Assembly: GCF_000002075.1 (NCBI RefSeq)
Contig: NW_004797274.1
Span: forward strand, 108,929 to 172,928
Direction of reading: 5' to 3'
From: Aplysia californica
Lineage: Eukaryota
DNA: 64,000 nt
Part shown: positions 1 through 12,660 of the stretch, one piece after another
How the letters are laid out: every line of letters begins with the position of its first letter
Position numbering within the stretch: the first letter of the stretch is position 1
Translations under genes and position numbers: made by a program
Notes under the pieces: generated by a model
Database searches by the model: none
What the model was told of the DNA's origin: nothing
What the model saw: only the letters and a program-made list of their open reading frames with translations

Positions 1-519
1 GGAAGACAGCATCCCAGCAGATGACGGAGATACCTCATAAGTAATTTTTTTTTTTAAACCCTTCTCCGCTAGATCTAGGGATTTGAACTTCTGGTTTGTT
101 TGTTGGTTGGTTGTTGTTGTTTTGTTGGAGTTTTTTTGTTTTTTGTTGTTGTTGTTTTGGTTGTTTGTTTGGTTGTTTTTTTGGGTTTGTTTGTTGTTGT
201 TGTAGTTGTTTTGTTTTTTTTGTTGTTTTTTTGGGGGGGTAGGGGATACGTGCAACAGCGAAGAGCTTAACCGTTACCTAATGTATGTTTCTGGTTGCCT
301 TAGCTCAAACTCAAACGGTTAGATATACGTAGTTAAAACTTGGCTGACACTGACATACGGGGGTTCGATCAGGCTTCCAGTCAGAATCAGATAAGCTCAC
401 TTATCGAGTATTTTTGGCTTAGAGACGATTCTAATCTTATAATATACATGTATGTAGTTATGTGTCAAGTAGATTGTCAAAACTTTCAGGACAACAAAAC
501 AAACGGTTTTGTGTTGCAG

Positions 520-837
520 CTAGATTCAGCAGATGTCAACGAAAACAAAGGTCCAGTCATCCACTTGATCGAATCTGACCAGGAAGAAGCCACAGTCTAC
601 ACGTTCGAAAAAGACAATGAGCGCAGCAACAAAACCAGCAGATCTGTCCCCAGAAGAGTCCCCAGTGACGAGTCAAACGAACTACACTACGCCCAAAGCG
701 AAGAGGACGCAGATCCTGATGACGTAGTGGTCTTCCAAAGGGGTCAGCGTGACGTTAAAGTGACCCCGAAAGTGGTGACCAAGGCTGTGCTATTGACATT
801 GGCATTGATAGGGGCGCTGTATGCGACATACTGGTAG
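520..837 (+). CDS. Probable terminal coding exon of an unidentified tail-anchored membrane protein (acidic linker plus C-terminal TM helix)
   Basis: Acceptor gtgttgcag at 511-519. Open frame LDSADVNENKGPV...VVTKAVLLTLALIGALYATYW* with a hydrophobic C-terminus directly before the stop. Upstream exons not resolved. Confidence 0.55.
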   Translation, partial: LDSADVNENKGPVIHLIESDQEEATVYTFEKDNERSNKTSRSVPRRVPSDESNELHYAQSEEDADPDDVVVFQRGQRDVKVTPKVVTKAVLLTLALIGALYATYW

Positions 838-1029
838 GCCCCGTACCATGACAATGCTATATTCTGGCGTGCACGTTTAAGCTTAAAGTAGCAACTCGGA
901 CCGATTCGCAATAAGGGTAATGTAGCACGGGAGACAACCGAGATGGGAGACAGAAAGAAATATTGTAAAACTTTTCCCACAGAAACCAACGTTAGCCGGC
1001 CCTTCAAGTAAGGACATTAATTAGTAGAT

Positions 1030-1246
1030 AGATTATTATGTTATTGATTCACGGCCCAATCGACACAATTTAAATGCTGGGGGGTGAGTTGCTTCGATCA
1101 TGTCTGTCAAGGCCAAACCCGGTTGAATGGAATACAACATCCCAGGAGACACGGTCGAAAGAAAACAAGCTTCGCCACTGGGGAACTGAACTCACACCTT
1201 TTGCGAGCGACGTTGAAGAGCCTTACTATTAAACCACAGACACCAG
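1030..1246 (-). mobile_element. tRNA-derived SINE (family C)
   Basis: Minus-strand head GGTGTCTGTGGTTTAATAGTAAGG...GAGTTCAGTTCCC is A/B-box-like. The tail AAATTGTGTCGATTGG resembles copies at ~45817-46025 and ~61645-61860. Confidence 0.55.
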
Positions 1247-1253
1247 TGCAGAT

Positions 1254-1262
1254 CGATAGATG

Positions 1263-1325
<63 letters not shown>
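1254..1325. repeat. (GATA)n microsatellite
   Basis: Direct reading. Confidence 0.95.
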
Positions 1326-2565
1326 GTGCGATCATTGCATACATCTAAACCACTGAATAGTAATATGACTCAATCAAATGTGGACATGTTTGCAACTGCC
1401 GCATTTTCATATTATGTAGGCCCCTACATATTATACGTAATGCTTGACGGTGAAATCAGGGTGCATGGAAATGGAAGTAAAAGTTCGTTTCACTTCCTTC
1501 TGTTTTCAAAGTCAAATTATGTGCAAGGATTTAGTAAATGTGTGATGAACTAGCATTGGATTTTAATTATTTTTACGATTCTGTGATGCCTCTTTGTAAT
1601 GTATCGTTGGCCTATAAAATTAAGTGTGATAGCCAACTGGTGACCAAAAAAATTCCTCCTAACATTAACATCATTTCGAGAATGATAAATCCAATACATA
1701 TTATTTCGTGTGCATATTACCAGGTACAGTATCAACTTCAGCAAAAGCAGCGAAGTGCTATCAGCGTCATTGCTGCTTCTCCTGACTGTTCTTGTCTTCA
1801 AACCAAAGTATTTTCTACCAACGCTGATTTATAACAACGCCAGCCCGTCTTGTGTTTCAATGAAAATGGTTTCCGGGCGGCGAAGGTGAGAAGAGAGAAC
1901 GATGGTGAAGCGAACTGCTCACAGGTTAAGGGAACCGATGTTCTTTATCTCCAAGCTCGATTGAACAAACGCCACTGTGGATCTCCACTCATATCTACAC
2001 GTACCTTGTGTTTTAAATACATTATGTTAAATCTTTTCCCTTTTGTTTGGAGTTGCACATATTTTTTAACGTTATCATAATATAGTATACCCTACAACAG
2101 TGTATGCACTTGTGTTTCTTGTCGCGACTACGTGGTCCAGTCTGGGGAGCGACTAAAACTGTTTAGTCATACAACTTCGCGTTAAACAAAACAAAAAATC
2201 GCGTTTCATACAACAAAATCTCTTAGTCTGCTCTTCAAGTCTTTATATAGCTGAGCGTTGAGATAACCCAAACAAATATTACTTAAATAAATCTAGACCT
2301 TAGAATGAACAGTCTTGACCTAGACATGAGTGTTTATCTCGAGGCCAGACAAGAGTCAAATCAACAAACAGAATATTGTGTCACTACTTTGTTGAAAAAA
2401 AAAAGCTGTTGCCATGGGAGACAAAATATTGTGTAAAAATGTATCGGTCCCAGCCCAAACTGATGGCCCCCACATGAGGATAGGGGTACATGTGATTGTA
2501 ATAATTGTAGAATATTATTACGCTTTTCTCATCATTCCCATGGGCGAGCAGAACAACTACTTTAA

Positions 2566-2816
2566 CCCTATCCGTACGCCCTGGGGTCATTTTGTACCCC
2601 CGGGTTTGTATTCTCTCACGTTTTAGAATACTTCTAGTACGAAGATCTCTTTGAAACTTTCAGTATTTCTAAAAAAAATCAGTTTGACAGACTGCTATTG
2701 CTATGCAAAGCGTGGACCGGATTAACGAGTAAATTTCCTCTTTGGAAAGTGGTGGCACGGAGCTCCCCACGCCATATGGATACGATAGTAAAATACGACG
2801 TATCGTACAGATAGGG
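2566..2816. mobile_element. piggyBac-like MITE
   Basis: TTAA on both sides (2562-2565, 2817-2820). TIRs CCCTATCCGTACG / CGTACAGATAGGG match at 12 of 13 positions. Confidence 0.8.
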
Positions 2817-3726
2817 TTAAGTTTAAAACACCAGCGTTTGTGTTGTAACTGTTGGGCACTTTTCCCTCGCACGTAGAAGACCCGAGTTCTGTTCCCGTGC
2901 GGAGAGAATTTTTATCGCACATCTTGGTCTCTCTGTTGAGACCTTGTTATGTATTCCTCTTTCTAAGCTCGGGTCAATCCTCCTCCTATACGATCTAAAA
3001 TTGTGTCTACGGAGGCTACATTTTTTAAAAAGTTCAGATCTCTATAAGCGTATGGAAGGACGTTATGTTTGATCTTTTGGGCAAAGAGACGCACATCGAC
3101 ACAATAACGGTCACCATTGCAGTTCATTGAAAAAGCAAGACGGATAGACAGACCCGCCATAGGGAATGAAAAGAAGTACACAAACACCCACTAACAAGGC
3201 GTGCATCTTTATGAAAGATTTCTGGCGAGTAATACGTACCCAAATGTATCAAAGACAACAGCCAACTTTCCAAGTCATTTTGCGAATGTTTGTGTGTGTG
3301 TGTGTGTTTGTTGACGCACACACTGAAGCACGAAAAAGTAGCGTTTAGTTTATTTAGAAATTAGTTATTTGTAAGTAGTACTTTGGGGGGAGGGGGGGGG
3401 ACCCCGTGGAAAACTGGGAAAGCAGTGTGCTGGTACAGAGTCTAATTTTGTATGGAATTATGTCCCCTAGGCCCGCAGAAAGGACCAGACAGAATGCTGT
3501 CCACGTGAAAAAGTTATTAACAGAATGATTCAGTCTAAAACTCCTGGTTCCATCACAGCTGGCCTTCGCATCTTTGACATTATAAATATGACCACAATTT
3601 CCTGTCTTTTTTGTCTTTATTGGACTATGCTGCAAGACACAAAACCGTTTCTACGATTGCAAAGTCGACGAATGAAAATGAAATCTATTATTAGGACATG
3701 GGGTTGAGAATATTAAATGTTAATAG

Positions 3727-3950
3727 GGTGACCTTATTTAGGCCACATATGGCCTAAATAAGCTAAACCCCCATCCCTTACCTTATTTAGGCCACAGGTG
3801 GCCTAAATAAGCTAAAACCCCCTCCCTTACCTTATTTAGGCCTCACCTGTGGCCTAAATAAGCTAAACCCCCCTCCCTTACCTTATTTAGGCCACACCTG
3901 TGGCCTAAATAAGCTAAACCCCCCTCCCTTACCTTATTTAGGCCACACCT
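3727..3950. repeat. ~45-bp minisatellite of palindromic units (CTTATTTAGGCCAC..GTGGCCTAAATAAG plus CTAAACCCCCTCCCTTAC)
   Basis: About 4.5 tandem copies; the same unit resumes at ~7217-7283. Confidence 0.9.
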
Positions 3951-4569
3951 TTATACAAAGTCACAGAAATATTCCTTTTGTGCTTATTGAGGTGCAGTGC
4001 AGGGTGATTTTACCTGCAAGGATAATTGGACAAAATGGGCAACATCTTTATTGCTAATGGTCATATTTAGACAAATCCTATATCATTGTCTTTTTTTTCT
4101 TAACTGCTCATGGTTATTAAAGAGTAAGCCAGCTAGGCAGTAATTTCGGATTCCTAATACTAATATTATGGGCATTCTTAAAATTTTAAAACTTGTTTTT
4201 ACCGCTTTTCTCAACGTAAAACGGATTCCGTAAAAAAACAAAACAACAATGACCTTATCTTTCTTTTTCAAAGTATTGTGCATATATATGTGTGAAACTA
4301 TATATTCTATGCTTTCATGTACATGAAAAAAGCTAATAAAGGCAAGCAAAATGTTCTTCAGATACATAGATCTAGTAGTAGGCCCACTGGAATTTTTTTA
4401 TAAACCGGGAAAGATGACCAGAAAATAACAAAATAATTTTATGATCTTCACTTGCACTTGCAATTTTTTTGACAAATTATAGTCTACCTCATTGTCTTTT
4501 TTTCCCCGCATTTTTCTTCACTATTCATGACAACTGGCATGTATTGTTTTCAGTTATTATCAAAAAAGT

Positions 4570-5452
4570 GGATAGGCGGACTACGGGGTCTATCTAGCCA
4601 AAAGGATAGGTGGACCCCGGGGTCTACCTAACAAAATGCTAGGTTTTAAGATGTGAACCCCGGAGTCAGCGTAGTGAAATAAGTAGTAGATCTAGGTTTA
4701 ACTAAGGATCGGTGGACCCCGGGGTCAACATAGTGAAATAAGTAGATCTCAGTTTATTTTATAGTAGGACTGGCGGAGCCCGTGGTCAACGTAGCGAAAT
4801 TATAAGTAGATATAGGTTTAATTAAGGATTGGTGGACCACGGGGTCAACGTAGTGAAATCAGTAGATCTAGGTTTAATTAAGGATTGGTGGACCCTGGGG
4901 TCAATGTAGTGAAATAAGTACATGTAGATCTAGGTTTAATTTTAAGGATTGGTGGACCCTGGAGTCAACGTATTGAAATAAGTAGGTTTAAGGTGGACCC
5001 CAGGGTCTACCTAACGAAATACTAGTTAGGTTTTTAGAATAGGAGGAACCTGCGGTCACCGTAGTAAAATAAGTAGGTTTAATCAAGGTGTCCCGGGGGT
5101 CCACCAATCCTTAATTAAACCTTCTTAGTCCTCTACGGCTATGGTGACTTCGGGGTCCACCAATCCTTTTAAAATTAACCTTACTTATTTCACTACGCTG
5201 ACCCCGGGGCCCACCAATCTTTAAAGAAACCTACTTGTTTCACTACGGTGACCCCGGGGTCCACCTGTCCTAAAACCTAGTATTTCGCTAGGTAGACCCC
5301 GGGGTCCACCTTAAACCTGCTTATTTATCACTACGTTGACCCTGGGGTCCACCAATCCTTACTTAAACCAAACCTTATTTCACTATGGTGACTCCGGGGT
5401 TCACATCCTAAAACCTAGTATTTCGCTCTGCAGACCCCAGAGTCCACCTATC
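4570..5452. mobile_element. Foldback-type element: two inverted arms built of ~58-bp units, each containing the GACCCCGGGGTC palindrome
   Basis: Units GGATTGGTGGACCCCGGGGTCAACGTAGTGAAATAAGTAG run forward to ~5090 and in reverse thereafter. The reverse complement of ~5373-5450 matches ~4604-4683. Confidence 0.75.
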
Positions 5453-7216
5453 CTCTACAGGACTAAACTATTATCAATTTGCAATTTTCATTGATTAGCA
5501 TATTTTTAAAAAAATATTGAATCAGAGACTCGTTGTCCAAAAAGTCCACTGATAATGCTATTCTTTTCAAAGAAAATGGCACAATTTGATTTTATGACAT
5601 GTTGAAAAAAAGAGTTTTAAAAATATCCCGAAAACNNNNNNNNNNNNNNNNNNNNNNNNNNNNNNNNNNNNNNNNNNNNNNNNNNNNNNNNNNNNNNNNN
5701 NNNNNNNNNNNNNNNNNNNNNNNNNNNNNNNNNNNNNNNNNNNNNNNNNNNNNNNNNNNNNNNTAAAAGACTGAGCAGAGGCTTACAATGTAAATTCTGT
5801 GCTCTACAAGTAGAGAAAATATTAAGTTTGCGCAAAACAGATTTTAGAAAAAAAAGTTGGATCTAATTATTCTAATACAAGTAAAAGTGATTGTTATGCT
5901 GAGATTTGTTATTATTGACTCTGGAAATACAGTTACTTGCTGAATCTAAAAGTAACTAGAACTGTGCAATTCGTTTTATTTCAATTCCAAAGCCCAAAGG
6001 CATAGCAATAATAAGTTAGATCTAGATCTAGCAGTTGTAGGCTCTCTGGCTGCTTCTAGCATAGGCCTGCTACTACTGATTCTAGACAGGGAATCTAGAT
6101 CTTGCTATCGCCTGCACTATTAAAGTCAAATATATGGTAAAATAAAAACAAAACTGAATCTTTTTTCAGTCAGTACATCCCAATTGCCATAGCCGCATGT
6201 ATTAATAGTTGAATAATGCGATACCGCAGCAACACGTTATCACAGTGTGCAGGGGAGAGCGAGGTGCCCGGTCAATTCGGTGGTTCGGCTTTTGTAGATC
6301 TATGCATTTTTTACGGAAAGCCCTATTACCTAACCCTCTTACTAGATCTATTAGTGTTGTGAAAACTTCAACCTCTACAGCTCAGGCGTCAAAAGATGCT
6401 GGAAAATAATAATACGTCCTGAAGTTTCATAATTTATTTTTATACAAAATAACACTGTACACAGCCAGTAGTTTTTATTTCATCGAGTTATAAAAATGGC
6501 CTTCGTATAAAAATTGCCTTGTTTTCAGAAGCAAATTTTAATAGTTCTAGTTCTACCGAATCGATTTTCACGCGAATTCAACCATTTTGATGATCTTTCT
6601 TTTCCTTTTAAAAAGATGTAGATCTAGGCCTGTCGGATGTGGCAGTGCGAATAACACTGAGTTGTTTAGATCTAGACCCATCAAAACACGAGGCTTCGTG
6701 GCCGATCACAAAAGTCTACAGGGCTTATCGAGGCCGATTCACCCTGAGCACGTTCACTAAACTGCCTACTAGATAGAATCTACTACCAAATATTCTCTAC
6801 ACGATCTTTGCTACTACTACTACTAGGCCTACTAGCCTACATGTACTACTACGAGACAGTACGAGAGAGTGTCACTCAGGCAAAGATAGTGTAACTTTGA
6901 CTCAGCCACGTAGTGTACACTCTTTTTATACCCCAAATTTAACCCGAAGTCCATTCGGAGGATTTGACCTTTTCACTTGACCAAAGTGTGCCAAAATGGT
7001 AGCCTAGCTTTTGCCCCTCCATGAAGGAAAAATCTGGCCCTCATTCAAACCATTGGGATTGAGCAAAATTTTGCGTATTGTGCTTTGTTCTTTACAATAT
7101 TCATTATGGTTATGATTTATAAGTTGTACACTGAGACAAAACCGTACTAAATGAGAAAGGTGCACCATTATGAAAGTGGAACGAACTCAGTTGCCTGAAA
7201 AGGGTAGTTTGAGCAT

Positions 7217-7283
7217 GTGTGGCCTAAATAAGCTAAACCCCCCTCCCTTACCTTATTTAGGCCATATGTGGCCTAAATAAGCA
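7217..7283. repeat. Distal copy of the 45-bp palindromic minisatellite
   Basis: GTGGCCTAAATAAGCTAAACCCCCTCCCTTACCTTATTTAGGCCATATGTGGCCTAAATAAG, same orientation as 3727-3950. Confidence 0.9.
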
Positions 7284-7974
7284 CTCCCATTTTAATACAT
7301 CATTTAGCCTACTCTACCTAGGAAACCATGTATTATTAGAGCCTCAGATTTCTTGTAGGTCATGGTCGCAACCAGCTACACGGCAGCCACTGGTATACCC
7401 TCGTCTACAGTTTAGGAAAGATAAAAGCAGCATATCAACTCAGAAATAGAAAATGTAGCCCTTTTCTGCTGGGAATGAGCAGCATTACAGACACAATGAA
7501 TAAAATCAAAAGTGACATCAATCATTCGATACTCTACAGACATCACACAGCTGTTCACCTGTTGGGTTTTACTTAAGTTCCAATGTAACAAACGATTCAG
7601 TTCCAGAGAGTAGTCCTACATAATTGACCGAAACAAAAATTTCAGATCTACAATAACTATGATAGGTCACTGAGGTCCTAATATCTTCACGTAAAAAATT
7701 ACACACCTATTGAAAAAAAAACCTCACCAAACTTTCAGATCAGCAGAAAAATATAAAGATCTAGCTAGCTATACAACTAGAATCAAGTTTTCAACCATTG
7801 ATCATCTACTTTAAGAAAAAAACTTGAACAAACTCACATACTTTTGTTAGAGTTTCCAGTGAAAGAAAGAAAAAAAAAAAGACATGGACAAGATAAAACC
7901 ATGATCTCACTTTAAAAAATCAGTTTTCAAAAAACACAGCAGCCAAAATTTAGTTTTAGTTGTACTCCAGTAGT

Positions 7975-8140
7975 AAGTGCTTTACGGCACTAGCAACACA
8001 ATAAGTAAGGTGATATAGGTGCCGAAGATTAGAGGAGTTACAAGGGGGTAACAAACAAAATAGAAGGAGGAGAGAAAAGGATGATAGATGTTTGATAGAA
8101 AAGAAGGAGCAAACCCCACAAGAGCACTCACCAACCACCC
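7975..8140 (-). mobile_element. SINE-like repeat 3' part (family D); second copy on + at ~41085-41255
   Basis: Reverse complement matches 41085-41255 and ends in the shared GTGCCGTAAAA tail. Confidence 0.65.
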
Positions 8141-9448
8141 ACGCCTAAATTTAGGAAACTATGTATATATATTATATATATGGTATAATGTTGAACTGCT
8201 GAGGGTTCAAGTTACAATTAATTGCACTGAGAATTGAAGAACATCCCAATTGCTACACTTGAGATCTAAATGTGGAACACAAAAACAAACACCAAGATAA
8301 CCAACTGCCACTCTGAAACTCTCATTTGCACATAAAACAAATAAGAAACCCAAAGACAATTTTATTCATTTATTAGGTTCCAGTCGACCAGAATTCATTT
8401 TCATTCAGAGACAATCAGGGTAAAAAAAAAACATATATAGGTGCTTGCCTTGCCCAGAAACAAGGGGGAAAAAAGCATAAGTTGGGGTGAGATGTACCCA
8501 TCCATAAAATCATATGGCAACTGCCTCTAAATACAAGGCCAATGATCAAGATCAACTGTTTATTATTAAAAGGGCAACTACCCACTGAACACGATACATT
8601 AATGGTTCTCAAAATACTTGGCATAGAAATACAGCATCATGCGGTACTCAAGATCCCGAGCTTCACAAACTCACAGATGAGAGACAACAAAGGGCCAGTG
8701 CGTAAAACTTAAGTAGTCGTGCAAGTCTGGCATGCACCCAATATATCTCTACAATTTAAGCAGTCATTATGGTGTTTCCAAAAGCATACGGCAACAGCCA
8801 TTACAAGATTCTGCAACAGCAGACACTTGTGTTGTGTGCCAATTACAAAAGTAACCACACCTTTGCTTACAACAAAAGTAATGAAACAAAAGTTTTACAT
8901 TTACTATCAGTAAATATAGGCCCGTAAAATTCCTCCTGAAACTAAAGATAGCCCTTCAAATGTCATTATCACCTCAGGTAGTACATACACAACCATACTC
9001 CCAGCCTGTACTAGATTTGTTGCAAGTTTTGAGACAAAGATATAATAGCAAAACCAAGTCGATGAATGTCATCCCTTCACATCCCTATCTTTCAAGAAAG
9101 AACATTTGTCATTTGTGCTATAGCAAAACAATGTTTGGTCTGTGTCAACACTCTTTCAAGGTGATAGTTCTTCGGATACATTATCTAATTCAGCAAGCTG
9201 AATAAAATTATACTAAAAGACACAGTCTCAAGCACACTTTTCACATACTACAGAAATCTGACTAAAGGTTTAAGTCTTCACTGTCACATGTTTATATACA
9301 TTCGTAGCCCATACACAGTGGGGTATCACAATAAGTATTGAAATTCTGTCCGTCTCTTCATCGACACATGTACATATTCTCCTTTCTCTCATGGTGGATT
9401 CATCTTTAGCAGCCTGCTATACCTCTGAACACATGTTACTGTCTGCAG

Positions 9449-9475
9449 CTAAGACTTGCCCTTCTTTGCCATTGC
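9449..9475 (-). CDS. SUCLG1: SUCLG1 exon 9 (AMAKKGKS*)
   Basis: Acceptor TCTGTCTTATTGCAG, phase 0, TAG stop at 9449-9451; matches the short last exon expected for the family. Confidence 0.85.
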   Translation of the reverse strand, partial: AMAKKGKS

Positions 9476-10699
9476 CTGCAATAAGACAGAAAAGAAAATT
9501 GTGAAAAATCCCTTTTGAATCAAAAGGATTCGTAAAAGATACAGGTGCGGTGAGGGGTGTGTGTGTGGGGGGGGGGGGGGGGGGGGGAAGGACTCACGAA
9601 AGAGACCATGCTCCCCAGAGTGCCTGGGTGAGGTAGGCGAGGAGGGAAAAATTTCTTTGCAACTGAAAAATGTAAAAAAATCATGGATCACCTACATACA
9701 ACTTTCATCACTGTATGAGAAATATTTTTCAGAGAACCAACAACAGATAAAGTGGAGTATGGTGGTTTCTGGGTTCTTTTTTTTAATAGTGTAGGGGTTT
9801 TACTCCCCTAATAACACAATTCAGATCATAGCCTGTCAGGGCTAACCCAGGCTGAGAGGGATAAGGCGTCAGGCAGCAACACTGAGCAGAAAGACAGAGA
9901 TACTCAATAAATATATGTGCAACAGCTAAGATTCTAACCACTACACAACAGAATGGGTAAATATGGTGAAATATCTAAATTACAATATCGAGTTCACACA
10001 GAAGGAAACAAAATTAATAGCACTGAAAACTACTTATAAAAAGAAAATAGGAGCACTGCATTATTAGGGATAAATGACTGTACAAAACCGACTGAAGCGA
10101 CAGTGCCTAGCCTACTCTATGTTATTATGATTTAGACAATTCTTGTAAGACACTTACAATGTGTCGTATAAGAGAGTCATGTTAAGTAATAACTTTTGGC
10201 CTCCTGCTCTATTGTACACTCAGTATATTCTTACACACCACAGGCTTGACTTTAAACTCTGTTGGTATAGCTTTGAAAATAGTCCCACCCCAGTTGGTTT
10301 TGAAACTCATTTTGTACAAAAAGCATGAAGACTCCTCCTCAGAAATTAAATGGTTCAACTCTTTTATCTCCCAAGGGGGGTAAACCCACAATGCCAGGGC
10401 CCTCTTTTGGTACAAAACCCTAAAGTGACAAATGTCACTAAATTTGTCAATTAAATTTTTTTAAAGTGAAACTATATAGATCTTTATCAAATGAAGGAAC
10501 TCCCGATATAAGAGACCTGTTTTTTGCCATCGCCGAAGACTAATTTTACGTTACAGTCGTCATAAAGGAATGAGCACAGTGGTTCTGACAGCAAGCTGCT
10601 GGGAGGGGCTTGGCGGAGACAAAGAGAAACAGAATGGTGTATACAAAACGGGATTCATTACATGTTGTTATTTTCAAATTCCTTCAGCTGAGAACATTT

Positions 10700-11285
10700 A
10701 ACTCTTGGCAGTGCAATGCCTCCCTCAAGTAACCACATGTCCTTCTCATCTGGTCAATGCCCCATGCCTGAGTAGAGCAGGCTTGGTAAGTCTGTAGGTG
10801 GGTGTAGGAGCCTGCGTAAAAAAACTGCCAGGTTTGGGCCGTGAGGGAGAAGATGTTCAACTGTCTCCTCATGGTAGTCACAGAGAGATCTTCCTGTTTC
10901 TGCGTTGGCCCATCTGTTTAGCCACTCGTCTCTGCTTTTGGCTTGGATGATCCCTCAGCAGGTCTGTAAAGAGGCGGCTGGGGCAGGTTTACTGCAGTCT
11001 TTGATAGCTAGTCTGCAGTCTCATTCCCTGGTACTCCAGAATAGTCAGGCACCCACTGTAGTGTGACTTGAACGCCATAGGAAGTGCCCATCTGTTCTAC
11101 AAGGCTGAGAATGTTCCCGTCACCTCTGTAGTCTCCTCCTCCCTCGACAGCGCGGAGTACTGACATTGAGTCAGAGAAGACAACAAATCCCCTGGTGTTA
11201 CTGCGCCTTCAAAAAAAATCTTGAGTGATCTGCTCCAGGGTCTTTACTATGGCAACTCTCTCTGCGTCATAGTTGAGCTGTATGT
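10700..11285 (-). mobile_element. Decayed non-LTR retrotransposon 3' fragment with RNase H domain (I/Nimb-like), copy 1
   Basis: Minus translation NYDAERVAIVKTLEQI...FVVFSDSMSVLRAV...VTLQWVPDYSGVPGNETAD*LSK, then EETVEHLL. These are non-LTR RNase H motifs, interrupted by a stop and a frameshift. Confidence 0.8.
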
Positions 11286-11386
11286 TCCCCATGGATTTAT
11301 TACATAGAAAGGACATATTTGGAGACTGGAAGACGGTATACCACACTCAAGTTTTCAGATATATATACACTGAGGAAAATACTTAC

Positions 11387-11535
11387 GGCAGCAATAGTAG
11401 TTCCCAGTTGAGCAGGAGACATGGTCACATCCACACCAGCAGACTTCAAAGCAGCAATTTTTTCATCTGCTCCTCCTTTACCTCCAGCAATGATGGCACC
11501 AGCATGCCCCATCCTCCTGCCTGGGGGAGCGGTCA
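11387..11535 (-). pseudogene. SUCLG1: Truncated duplicate of SUCLG1 exon 8 ([12 protein letters not shown]...TTIAA), donor retained, native acceptor absent
   Basis: Matches 13348-13496 apart from a synonymous CTG/TTG change; its 5' end is fused to intron sequence. Confidence 0.85.
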
Positions 11536-12660
11536 CGAAAGAGACCATGCTCCCCAGAGTGCCTGGGTGAGGTAGGCGAGGAGGGAAAAATTTCTTTGCA
11601 ACTGAAAAATGTAAAAAAATCATGGATCACCTACATACAACTTTCATCACTGTATGAGAAATATTTTTCAGAGAACCAACAACAGATAAAGTGGAGTACG
11701 GTGGTTTCTGGGTTCTTTTTTTTAATAGTGTAGGGGTTTTACTCCCCTAATAACACAATTCAGATCATAGCCTGTCAGGGCTAACCCAGGCTGAGAGGGA
11801 TAAGGCGTCAGGCAGCAACACTGAGCAGAAAGACAGAGATACTCAATAAATATATGTGCAACAGCGAAGATTCTAACCACTACACAACAGAATGGGTAAA
11901 TATGGTGAAATATCTAAATTACAATATCGAGTTCACACAGAAGGAAACAAAATTAATAGCACTGAAAACTACTTATAAAAAGAAAATAGGAGCACTGCAT
12001 TATTAGGGATAAATGACTGTACAAAACCGACTGAAGCGACAGTGCCTAGCCTACTCTATGTTATTATGATTTAGACAATTCTTGTAAGACACTTACAATG
12101 TGTCGTATAAGAGAGTCATGTTAAGTAATAACTTTTGGCCTCCTGCTCTATTGTACACTCAGTATATTCTTACACACCACAGGCTTGACTTTAAACTCTG
12201 TTGGTATAGCTTTGAAAATAGTCCCACCCCAGTTGGTTTTGAAACTCATTTTGTACAAAAAGCATGAAGACTCCTCGTCAGAAATTAAATGGTTCAACTC
12301 TTTTATCTCCCAAGGGGGGTAAACCCACAATGCCAGGGCCCTCTTTTGGTACAAAACCCTAAAGTGACAAATGTCACTAAATTTGTCAATTAAATTTTTT
12401 TAAAGTGAAACTATATAGATCTTTATCAAATGAAGGAACTCCCGATATAAGAGACCTGTTTTTTGCCATTGCTGAAGACTAATTTTACGTTACAGTCGTC
12501 ATAAAGGAATGAGGAATGAGCCAACGGCTCATCGGCACAGTGGTTCTGACAGCAAGCTGCTGGGAGGGGCTTGGCGGAGACAAAGAGAAACAGAATGGTG
12601 TATACAAAACGGGATTCATTACATGTTGTTATTTTCAAATTCCTTCAGCTGAGAACATTT

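Noticed and set aside
3727-5452. CRISPR-like arrays of palindromic repeats
   Set aside because: The intervening segments are themselves repeated rather than unique spacers, there are no cas genes, and the context is eukaryotic
11300-11623. Standalone ORF resembling a second SUCLG1 gene
   Set aside because: Chimeric read-through across the duplication junction plus intron sequence
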